Shown here: positions 1 to 8,910 of the stretch, piece by piece
Layout: every line of letters begins with the position of its first letter
Position numbering within the stretch: the first letter of the stretch is position 1
Origin: Octopus sinensis
Lineage: Eukaryota
Length of the DNA: 12,544 nucleotides
NCBI RefSeq assembly: GCF_006345805.1
Contig: NW_021826673.1
Span: 1 to 12,544, forward strand
Reading direction: 5' to 3'
Notes under the pieces: model-generated
The model's input: only the letters and a program-made list of their open reading frames with translations
The model's database searches: none
Told to the model about the DNA's origin: nothing
Made by a program: the position numbers and the translations under genes

Positions 1-259
1 GCCCTTCCGTATATATGTATATGTATATATAATGTGTGTGTGTGCCTGTGTTTGTCCCCCCAACATCGCTTGACAACCGATGCTGGTGTGTTTACGTCCC
101 CGTAACTTAGCGGTTCGGAAAAAGAGACCGATAGAATAAGTATTAGGCTCACACAGAATAAGTCCTGGGGTCGATTTGCTCAACTAAAGGCGGTGCTCCA
201 GCATGGCCGCAGTCAAATGACTGAAACAAGTAAAAGAGTAAAAAAGAGTAAAAGAGTAA
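1..259 (+). mobile_element. tRNA-derived SINE, family A, 3' part (5' end cut off by the window edge)
   Basis: Colinear with the 3' halves of the copies at 7681-8077 and 11558-11967: (TA/TG)n, then TTTGTCCCCC...GACCGATAGAATAAGT...GCTCCAGCATGGCCGCAGTCAAATGACTGAAACAA, ending in a repeated GTAAAAGA tail at about 230-259. Confidence 0.9.
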
Positions 260-1689
260 ATATGGACCAATTTGGTTATCGATAATACAGCAGGGGTGGA
301 GTTTGAATGTGTGCCACTCAGGGAAACTCTTGAGCTCCCCCACCCACCCACCTGGTGGATGGAAGCAAATAAAGACATATATGGCAAATCCCAATATGCC
401 GTCCCCATAAATGCGTTTCTCAGGACGGACACCCTCTCGCCCCCTTCCCTGACTACTCTACTGCATTACTATTGCAACATGTCAGGAAAGCTATTTTAAT
501 GGTCGCGTCATAGTATAGTTCTGCTATGGCATTTTCCGCCAATCATGAAGTGAAGCGGGATTTTCAATCAGTTTGCGACGGACCACCAGCATCCGCTTCG
601 TTCTGCTCATGGAAACACAGTTTTTCACACCAATCTTCGTTGCACGCCAGCTCTCCGCTTTCTGCCAGCTTCTCAAGTTTTGTGCTTTCAACACTTGTGT
701 TACATCGGCCTGTTTCATTAATGCCAACTTCGCTTCGCGAAGTTCTGGATGACATCAGCTCACTGCTCTGGTCATGTTATGAGCGGTATATTTTTGTTTA
801 CTATTAACTTATAGCGACTTCCAGCTGAATCTATTTTTCAAATGTAAGTTATAATGCATTCCCTGACTCATGCATACACACAGGCTACTCTCTTTTTACT
901 TGTTAGCTCTTGTAAGGATTTAATAAATTAAATTATTCGTTTAAAAATTGTCTTCTGATATTTCTCCTTTTACCAACTTTCATACTATAGATTAGTGACC
1001 ACACTCACTGAATTGGTAACACTATAAATAGACCCACGCTAAACTATCATTCATAGATGTCTGACAACACAGCCGATAACCACACAGCCTTTCATCTTAT
1101 CTTCTAATAGATTTGTACATATTCCCTTGGCGTATATCAGGGATCATCAGCCAGGGAACATTTTCCCAGGACTTCTCTTCCATCTCTCATGACGTGATCC
1201 CCAAATATGTGCGTTGACTTGATCCCCAAATACACTCTACATGGCGTCCTGATGAGGGTAAAATACGCCATTCAAAATTTCTTTTCCGAAAGAAAAAGCA
1301 GTGATGAGGGTTTATATGGGGGTACTTAAACCAGAATTCCTCCAAAAGAAGATCCTGAAGGAAGTCCGACTGAAAGCAAGAAACGGAAGAATGAAATTCT
1401 ATTGGTAAATACGTTCAGACGTCGAGAGATTTAGAACAAAAGGAGTTTATACCAGAACAAGACATCATGTTTTGTTTTTATTTGACTCGAACAAAATGAA
1501 TCGGGGAGAAACGTAAGCACTAGAAGGAATCGACATTCCTATAGTGATTAAAGAAAACTCGTTTCAGTATTGAAGGTTCGCTTCCCAGCATTTCCTCTGT
1601 CTCTGACGTACGAATAGGCTAAGAAGTACAAAGAAGTATAACCATGGATCCCCTGCTGATCTCGATGTAATAGAAATTTTATCTGTAAA

Positions 1690-1806
1690 TGTCTACCTTT
1701 TTTGATTTTAGACTTCATAGTCAACGAAGCAATAAAAATCTTGTTTGGGAGCATTTATTAGTTGTGTACTGAAATGATAGTGTATTTTGAACCATTATAT
1801 TTTATA
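1690..1806 (+). repeat. Direct repeat left of the Helitron (117 bp)
   Basis: TGTCTACCTTT...CCATTATATTTTATA recurs at 2208-2325 with a few substitutions and one extra T. Confidence 0.9.
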
Positions 1807-2207
1807 CTAGCAGTATCGCCCGGCGTTGCTCGGGTTTGTAAGGGAAATAACTATATAAGCATTTTTAGAGATGTAAAGTATAATAGCCATTTCAATATAG
1901 CTAACAACAAAGGGGGGGTGTTACTGTAGCTTTTTACGTTCTGAGATTTAATAATAAATTTTTAGAGAGTTACTTCCCTTATATATGCCAAAAATGCATT
2001 AAAAAGGGGGAAAATTGATGGTAATTTTTTTTTTTTAATCGTAGACTGATCGTATACTCGTGCTAATACTCAGAAGGGCTCGATATGAATCACGACTATA
2101 AGATACCCACCCGGTTTTGGTTAAACTGCACCGCAAAATGTGGCAGTAGTTAGGAATCTAAATCGTAGGAGACAGACAGCACACAACCTCTCTTTTATAT
2201 ATAAAGA
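1807..2207 (-). mobile_element. Non-autonomous Helitron (401 bp), copy 1
   Basis: The minus strand starts TC (2207-2206) and ends CTAG (1810-1807), inserted between A and T. The hairpin CCCGAGCAACGCCGGG (1819-1834) lies 12 nt from the 3' end. A second copy with the same termini is at 9855-10151. Confidence 0.9.
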
Positions 2208-2325
2208 TGTCTACCTTTTTTTGATCTTAGGCTTCATAGTCAACGAAGCAATGAAAGTCTTGTTTGGGAGCATTTATTAGTTGTGCAGTGAAATGATAGT
2301 GTATTTTGAACCATTATATTTTATA
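2208..2325 (+). repeat. Direct repeat right of the Helitron (118 bp)
   Basis: Partner of 1690-1806; abuts the Helitron 5' end exactly. Confidence 0.9.
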
Positions 2326-2750
2326 TTTCCAAGCTTCAAACCACAGTTCCCATAAAAGGCATTATGCTTACGCAATTACGGCTCAGCCAATCAGATTGAT
2401 CGGTGAGCTGAAACTTTCCCATCAAATGGAATATAGAGTGTTCTGGAACTTTTTGTCGACGATATGTAAAAAGCGGACGAATCTAACTGAAAAGAGAAGT
2501 ATCAGATTCTATTGAAAGTTATATTGTCTGTCTTTATTTAATAGCTGCACAATTATTTCATCAAATATCATATATCAGGCAAAGACACCACACAGCAGAG
2601 TTATGCTGGAAACTGTCACGTAAATTCATTTTTATTTCCCTAAATATGCTCTCGCTAATTATGAGTTGTTTTGGTATTATATATCAACATGTGGCAGTGA
2701 CCAAATGTTATTTAATTCTTTACTTCTCAAATTCTATTATCTATTCAACT

Positions 2751-2796
2751 GCTATAAATAAATAAATAAATGATATATATATATAGATATATATAT
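2751..2796. repeat. (TAAA)n + (TA)n simple repeat
   Basis: Read directly from the sequence. Confidence 0.85.
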
Positions 2797-3171
2797 CAAC
2801 AATCAAGGAACGGCCATAATAGGCCATTCACCCACTAAAATAACAGCCAAAGCTTCAACCGCAATAAAAGTCAATTCCGTAAACAGGAGAAAATTTAAAA
2901 AACATTTACCCTTAATTTCTTATACGATGCACCGTTTCGTCTGCTGTTTAATGGTAAACTAACCTGATTAATAATCAAGCCAATCTTCCATAGGCCCTCA
3001 ATTCTTCAGTAAGAATAGCCACAAGTCGGACAGATATTTTCACGAGCATTTCCGACCCTGCAAGTTAATATCTGACCTAAAATTTTCAAATCATCGCACT
3101 CGCGCCAAATTTATCGGCAGCAAATAAATATAAGCCGTCGATTCCATACGGAATTACCAGAAAATTCATAA
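2795..3171 (+). repeat. Tandem duplication, copy A (~377 bp)
   Basis: ATCAACAATCAAG...CCAGAAAATTCATAA recurs at 3272-3658 after a 100-bp spacer. Confidence 0.9.
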
Positions 3172-3271
3172 TTATCAATATAGGGTGGCAAAAAAAAATT
3201 TTGGTAGAATTTTTTTGCCACCAGCGGCCTAGTGGGAAAAAATTAAAGTCATAGACCATTTTTAAGTTCAC

Positions 3272-3658
3272 ATCAACAATCAAGAACGGCCATAATAGGC
3301 CATTCACCCACTAAAATAACAGCCAAAGCTTCAACCTGCAAATAAAAGTCAATTCCGTAAACAGGAGAAAATTAAAAAAACATTTACCCTGTAATTTCTT
3401 ATACGATGCACCGTTTTCGTCTGCTGTTTAATGGTACTAACCTGATTAAATTAAATCAAGCCAATCTTCCATAGGCCCTCCGATTCTTCAGTAAGAAATA
3501 GCCACAAGTCGGAACAGATATTTGCACGAGGCATTTCCGACCCTGCCAAGTTAATATCTTACCTAAATTTTCAACTCATCGCACTCGCGCCAAATTTATC
3601 GGCAGCAAATAAATATAAGCCGTCGATTCCATTACGGAATTAACCAGAAAATTCATAA
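3272..3658 (+). repeat. Tandem duplication, copy B (~387 bp)
   Basis: Hand alignment to copy A gives about 16 one- or two-base indels and about 5 substitutions. Confidence 0.9.
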
Positions 3659-3696
3659 AATATTATATATATTATATATATATATAATGTTCCTGG

Positions 3697-3913
3697 TTAC
3701 TCTTTTACTTGTTTCAGTCATTTGACTGCGGCATGCTGGAGCAACGCTTTAGTCGAGCAAATCGACCCTGGACTTATTCTTTGTAAGCCAAGTACTTATT
3801 CTATCGGTCTCTTTTGCTGAACCGCTAAGTGACGGGAACGTAAACACACCAGCATCGGTTGTCAAGCGATGCTAGGGGGACAAACACAGACACCACACAC
3901 ACACACACGCACT

Positions 3914-3979
<66 letters not shown>

Positions 3980-4144
3980 TACGACAGGCTTCTTTCAGTT
4001 TCGTCTACCAAATCCACTCACAAGGCATTGGTCGGCCCGGGGCTATAGCAGAAGACACTTGCCCAAGATGCCACGCAGTGGGACTGAACCCGGAACCATG
4101 TGGTTGGTAAGCAAGCTACTTACCACGCAGCCACTCCTGCGCCT
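3697..4144 (-). mobile_element. tRNA-derived SINE, family A, full length
   Basis: Reverse complement begins AGGCGCAGGAGTGGCTGCGTGG (Pol III A-box-like), contains GGTTCAGTCC (B-box-like), an expanded internal (TA)n(TG)n tract at about 3890-3980, and the same 3' body and GTAAAAGA tail as the other copies. Confidence 0.92.
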
Positions 4145-4369
4145 ATAAATAAACAGAATGCAAAATTATTCTCAATTTACTCTAATTTTGTACATTGAAC
4201 ATAGATCATAAATGTTGTTTTATTAACTCTACCATAACCACAACGAAGTCTTATTTCTTGCGTTAAGTGTTGTTATCTGTGTATTTATCTAAGCATCTCT
4301 CCTCTATCTGTCTGTCGACATTAAATATCTGCTTAGTTTATGAATTTGTGCGTTTCCATGTTTATAATA

Positions 4370-5010
4370 GGAGAAAATGGGACAAAAACTCATAGAGAAG
4401 AGGAGGAAAGAAAAAGCAAGAAGTTATAAAGTGAGGGAAAGCGGTGAAAGGGTGAAAGTTTATAGCGAGAGTAAGAGGAGCAGTTGTAGTAAAGGGGAAG
4501 TATACAGAAAGTGGAAGTGAGAAGAAATAGAAACATATATGATAGGGAGGGAGAGGGAGAGAGAGAGATAGAAAGAGAAAAAGTAAGAAAAGCTAACGGG
4601 TGAGTAAAGAGAGAAGGGAGAAAGAAAGGGAGTAACGTGCTCTAATTGTTTAGTCTCGAACACACCTATGAGTAAAGGTATTCCATTTATGACCACCCAG
4701 TATGTGTATGAACATGTCTAGGACTTATTTATTTAAAGTATCTTTGGATCTTTTTCTTCTTTAAAGGCGGTAGTGTGTGAATTGAGGGAAGTTTGGCTGC
4801 TATTTCTAGCCGGTTGAAGGATCGTTCATATAAAAATGTGTAAAGGGAGAGGAAAGCGAGGAGGAAAGGGTAAAGGTAGAAAGGTGTATGCAGAAAGAGA
4901 AAGAAAGAAAAGAAAAAGAATGGGAGGGGAGTTAAATTTGATAGGGTATAAGAGAGTGAGGGAGGGAGGGAGAGAGTAGAGTTATAAGAAGAGTAGAAGC
5001 ATAGTGATGG
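4370..5010 (+). repeat. Purine-rich (GA) low-complexity region
   Basis: Long A/G-biased tracts at about 4370-4630 and 4840-5010 with a mixed spacer. The minus-strand ORFs here are F/L/S-rich compositional artefacts. Confidence 0.8.
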
Positions 5011-5208
5011 TGGGAGGAATCCTGCATTGAAGGTGGTAGTCGTCTGTTTAAGCCAAGGCCAGTCCCGATTGAAGAAAATTATGATTAAAGACATTTCTAT
5101 TCATGGCCATTCGGTCTTTTTATATCATATTATATTATTCAGAAATGTTCTTTTCCTTTTTTAGACGGTTAGTGAGTAATTTCGGTGAAATTTGGCTGCT
5201 ATTTCTAG
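4792..5208 (+). repeat. Two copies of the 18-bp motif TTTGGCTGCTATTTCTAG (4792-4809, 5191-5208), probably remnants of an interspersed repeat
   Basis: The exact 18-bp match is visible and the upstream contexts are loosely similar. Assignment to an interspersed repeat is from memory of Octopus repeats only. Confidence 0.55.
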
Positions 5209-5530
5209 TATATAGTATGAGGTGGTCTCCTTGATAGAGATGGCAGCAGTGGTGGTGGGTAGAGGTAAGTTAGTGAGGGTGCCACGAGTCAACTAGTGTT
5301 TCGGTAACAGAGTGGTAGTGGGAGATAATGTTAAGAAGGAAGGTGATTTCTCATCCTGTTACTATGCCTCAGGCGTTTCCCCCCCTCTCTCTGTTTCTCT
5401 AGTTTTCTTCCCCCACCACCACCACCTCTTTCTATGCATTCAATACCACGTCTTCTTCACCTCCCCCTCTTTCGCTTTTCCCTTTCTAGACACGCATTGT
5501 TTTCCTCTCACTTTTTTTTAACGAATACAC

Positions 5531-5780
5531 TAACACATAAACGCGCAGACACATACACACACACACACACACACATGCACATGCACACACACACATGCAC
5601 ACACACTCAGAGGCAAGCAGACGCGCGTGCGCACAGACGCGTACAAACGCCAACGCGCTCATTTACTCATGAACAAATACATATACATACATGCGTACGT
5701 ACATACATATATACATACATACATGCACACACACACATAAAGACACACACACACACATACACGCACACACGCGCGCGCTC
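5531..5780. repeat. Compound (CA)n/(TACA)n microsatellite
   Basis: Read directly from the sequence; explains the His/Thr-rich ORFs. Confidence 0.9.
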
Positions 5781-5808
5781 ACGGCTATTTGCATATACAA
5801 ACATAACC

Positions 5809-5991
5809 TATTTCTTTACTACCCACAAGGGGCTAAACACAGAGGGGACAAACAAGGACAGACAAAGGGATTAAGTCGATTATATGGGCCCCAGTGCGTA
5901 ACTGGTACTTATTTAATCGACTCCAAAACGATGAAAGGCAAAGTCGGCCTCGGTGGAATTTGAACTCAGAACGTAACGGCAGATGAAATAC
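5809..5991 (-). mobile_element. SINE family B, 5'-truncated copy (retains the B-box-like motif, lacks the first ~50 nt)
   Basis: Colinear with 5992-6175 and with 11151-11383; lacks the AAAGGCGG...GCTTAGCC head. Confidence 0.88.
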
Positions 5992-6226
5992 TTATTTCTT
6001 TACTACCCACAAGGGGCTAAACACAGAGGGGACAAACAAGGACAGACAAACGGATTAAGTCGATTACATCGACCCCAGTGCGTAACTGGTACTTATTTAA
6101 TCGACCCCGAAAGGATGAAAGGCAAAGTCCACCTCGGTGGAATTTGAACTCAGAACGTAGCGGTAGACGAAATACGGCTAAGCATTTCGCCCGGCGTGCT
6201 AACGATTCGGCCAGCTCACCGCCTTT
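5992..6226 (-). mobile_element. tRNA-derived SINE, family B, full length
   Basis: Reverse complement reads AAAGGCGGTGAGCTGGCCGAATCGTTAGCACGCCGGGCGAAATGC...GAGTTCAAATT (B-box-like)...GCCTTTCATCCTTTCGGGGTCGAT...GGTAGTAAAGAAATAA; homologous to 11151-11383. Confidence 0.9.
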
Positions 6227-6272
6227 ACATATACAAACCATCAGCACAAATCCAGATGCTCACATCTATACG

Positions 6273-6273
<1 letters not shown>

Positions 6274-6335
<62 letters not shown>

Positions 6336-6344
6336 ACACACACA

Positions 6345-6382
<38 letters not shown>

Positions 6383-6389
6383 CACACAC
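6274..6389. repeat. (CA)n microsatellite
   Basis: Read directly from the sequence. Confidence 0.95.
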
Positions 6390-6584
6390 TGCTGGTTACC
6401 GCCATTCTGAAAATGAACTAATAACGAACCATAATTAATTGACATTGATAACCTTAATGAGAAGCAAAGTTCATTAGTGTTGATGACAATTGTTTGTCCA
6501 ACGAAGCAAGAGAGATAACTCTGAAATTTCAATTGACTAAAAATTAAACGAAGGCCTGTAGAGGTGCTCCGAATCTGATCTTGA

Positions 6585-6754
6585 TTGCTATGGTAACAAC
6601 TCTGGACATGTTCCGCTCTTATTACTCCTTCTCAGTGAAGGTGTGGTCTTGCAGCTGTGTGTTTAGTATGTGGTTTGGTCATTTTGTGTTGATTAGCTTG
6701 TGGCTGAGGAGGTATAATTAGAACGAAACACGTTCGGAGTTGTCACCATAGTAA
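6585..6754. repeat. Degenerate inverted repeat (~50-bp arms, ~70-bp spacer), possibly an old MITE
   Basis: TTGCTATGGTAACAACTCTGGACATGTTCC (from 6585) matches the reverse complement of the segment ending at 6754 (TTACTATGGTGACAACTCCGAACGTGTTTC) at 24/30. Gapped similarity continues inward to CTCAG (6635) and CTGAG (6704). Confidence 0.65.
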
Positions 6755-6913
6755 CCGGACCATAAGACTCACTCTACGTCTTGATCACATTACGGTTATA
6801 ATTTCAAATTAATTGAAGATAATTTTCAGCTAACAGCATTAAAAATGTTATCTCGCACTTAACTGTATACCATTGATGCAGAGGACCTCCTTAGAACGTT
6901 TTTCCAAAGTCTA

Positions 6914-6930
6914 ACACACACACGCGCACG

Positions 6931-6982
<52 letters not shown>
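6914..6982. repeat. (CA)n microsatellite
   Basis: Read directly from the sequence. Confidence 0.95.
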
Positions 6983-6984
<2 letters not shown>

Positions 6985-7264
6985 ACGGTATCATGGTATC
7001 GACCAGGTTGTCGGATGTTGCTATACACCGCTGGTCACAATGCGATTCGCGTTATTTTAGCATTCGAATGGTGCCACTCCACTGGCTCGGCCAGTAGGCC
7101 AACAACACTTCTGGATGGAACGTCTGTCCGTTCCAGGGTTATCCCCATTTACAGCTGAGCGGACTGGAGCGTTTTTGCCCAAGAACAGAATGCACCACCT
7201 GGTCCAGGAATGAAACCACGATCTCGCAATCGCGAACTCAACCCCTTAACCAATAGGCCTCGCG

Positions 7265-7269
<5 letters not shown>
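6985..7269 (-). mobile_element. tRNA-derived SINE, family C, diverged copy
   Basis: Reverse complement begins GAAAGCGCGAGGCCTATTGGTTAAGGGG (A-box-like, 7250-7260), has a degenerate B-box GGTTTCATTCC (7207-7217), then TTCTTGGGCAA and CTCAGCTGTAAATGGG, reminiscent of the CORE-SINE motif CTGTAAAATGGG. The 3' boundary is approximate. Confidence 0.7.

Positions 7270-7319
<50 letters not shown>
7269..7319. repeat. (CA)n microsatellite
   Basis: Read directly from the sequence. Confidence 0.95.
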
Positions 7320-7322
<3 letters not shown>

Positions 7323-7680
7323 GATTCATGGCCGAAAGTTTCATGCATAGCACATATCAAACCTTTGATGAGCTAGTAAGAGTCGTGAACGAAACTATCG
7401 ACCCTTGAGTCACTTTGTAACTACCACCGATTACCCATATAATTATATGTGTAAAGAGAGGGTCATTATGCCAATATCATTAACACACGCACTGGTTCAA
7501 TTCCACTCCTTTATTATTAGTAAATTGGTTAAATATTCAACTAACTAATCGGCTGCTTATTTTAATTTCGTTAATTTGGACAAAATCAAAAGTCATTGAA
7601 AAGGTTGCAAGAAGCAACCAAAGGGCTTTGACAAACAAAAACAAAACAAATGACCTACTGTTTAATCATATTAAACAAAC

Positions 7681-8077
7681 AGGCGCAGGAGCGGCTGTGT
7701 GGTAAGTAGCTTGCTAACCAACCACATGGTTCCGGGTTCAGTCCCACTGCGTGGCACCTTGGGCAAGTGTCTTCTACTATAGCCTCGGGCCGACCAAAGC
7801 CTTGTGAGTGGATTTGGTAGACGGAAACTGAAAGAAGCCCGTCGTATATATGTATATATATATGCGTGTGTGTGTTTGTGTGTCTGTGTTTGTCCCCCTA
7901 GCATTGCTTGACAACCGATGCTGGTGTGTTTATGTCCCCGTTATTTAGCTATTCGGCAAAAGAGACCGATAGAATAAGTACTGGGCTTACAAAAGAATAA
8001 GTCCCGGGGTCGAGTTGCTCGATTAAAGGTGGTGCTCCAGCATGGCCACAGTCAAATGACTGAAACAAGTAAAAGAG
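7681..8077 (+). mobile_element. tRNA-derived SINE, family A, full length, probable 9-bp TSD
   Basis: AGGCGCAGGAG head, GGTTCAGTCC B-box-like motif, internal (TA/TG)n and GTAAAAGAG tail. Flanks are TAAACAAAC (7672-7680) and TAAACAATC (8078-8086). Confidence 0.93.
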
Positions 8078-8363
8078 TAAACAATCGATTAGTTTGTTGG
8101 GTATTTAACTGATTGAATAATAGAGGAATGAAATTGAAACAGTGCGTGTGTTAATAATATTGGCATAATGACTCTTCCTTGATACAACAAAATTTGTTTC
8201 AACACACGAAGTGCTGTGGTTGAAGGTCTATTGGCAAACTGTTTTGAATGTGTGGATGTAGTGGGATAATAGCACAGGGCGAAATCTGAAGGTGGTCGAG
8301 CTACGTTCTTAACAAAATATACCATAACTATATTTATATATACCATGACTATCTATCTATATA

Positions 8364-8666
8364 TTGTTTGTTCCTTCTCGAGCCACGCCTGGCTCATAAG
8401 GGCCGGTTTCCCGGTTTCGTTGGCGTATAGGTTCCCCACCAGGACGGGTCGCCGGTCCGTCGTAGGTGAGCTGCAAGATGCAGGAGGAAAGAGTGAGTGA
8501 AAGTTGTGGTGAAAGAGTCAGCAGAAGTTTCACCATTACCTTCTGCCGGAGCCGCGTGGAGCTTAGGTGTTTCGCTCATAAACACACACATTGCTTGGTC
8601 TGAGATTCGAACCTGCGATCCCTCGACCGCGAGTCCACTGCTCTAATCACTAGGCCATGTGCTTCC
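8364..8666 (-). mobile_element. tRNA-derived SINE, family D
   Basis: Reverse complement reads GGAAGCACATGGCCTAGTGATTAG (A-box-like, 8647-8657)...GGTTCGAATCT (B-box, 8603-8613), GC-rich body, ending GAAGGAACAAACAA. Only one copy in the window. Confidence 0.75.
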
Positions 8667-8853
8667 ACACACACACACATTACATATATACATACAATAT
8701 CAGGATTCAAGTAGACCAGGCACTTAAATGGTAAGGCTTATATGTAAATTTATTGTATTTGGGGACGGTCATGTTGCCAGTTTAACAAATGAAAACACAC
8801 GCACTATATATTTGATGTTCACTTGCTTCAGCTTTTTCTATTAATTGTATTTC

Positions 8854-8892
8854 GGCCAGAGTTCTTTCGTCACACTTCTGTGACCTCATCAC
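8854..8892 (-). ncRNA. Second hammerhead-like motif on the opposite strand, 5'-incomplete
   Basis: Minus strand reads GTGATGA G GTCAC-AGAAGT-GTGAC GAAA GAAC TC TGGCC. It keeps UGAUGA but lacks C3 and the 5' strand of stem I. Confidence 0.4.
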
Positions 8893-8910
8893 AGAAAGAA
8901 GAAAGCAAAA

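Noticed and set aside
149-432. Minus-strand ORFs 149-394 and 184-432, and the similar 11870-12190 (shared ...FQSFDCGHAGAPPLVEQIDP...)
   Set aside because: The shared peptide is the antisense translation of the family A SINE 3' end, not a gene family.
272-499. 75-aa plus-strand ORF
   Set aside because: Non-ATG start, short, no recognisable motif or splice context.
1110-1156. Minus-strand CTGATGA followed by a TCCCT/AGGGA stem
   Set aside because: The stem is followed by ATA rather than GAAA, and no stem I or III is evident, so it is not a hammerhead.
1241-1375. CTGATGAG at ~1250 and GTGATGA (C-box-like) at ~1301 with downstream CTGA (D-box-like)
   Set aside because: No convincing stem II/GAAA for a hammerhead, and no terminal stem or identifiable guide for a C/D snoRNA.
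3859-4110. ORFs 3859-4110, 7671-7904 and 11545-11787 with similar peptides
   Set aside because: Translations of family A SINE copies and their microsatellites.
5434-6532. His/Thr- and Cys/Val-rich ORFs up to 146 aa
   Set aside because: Produced by stop-free (CA)n repeats and SINE sequence.
7681-7755. tRNA-like sequence with A and B boxes (also at the other SINE heads)
   Set aside because: These are SINE heads continuing into SINE bodies, with no complete cloverleaf evident.
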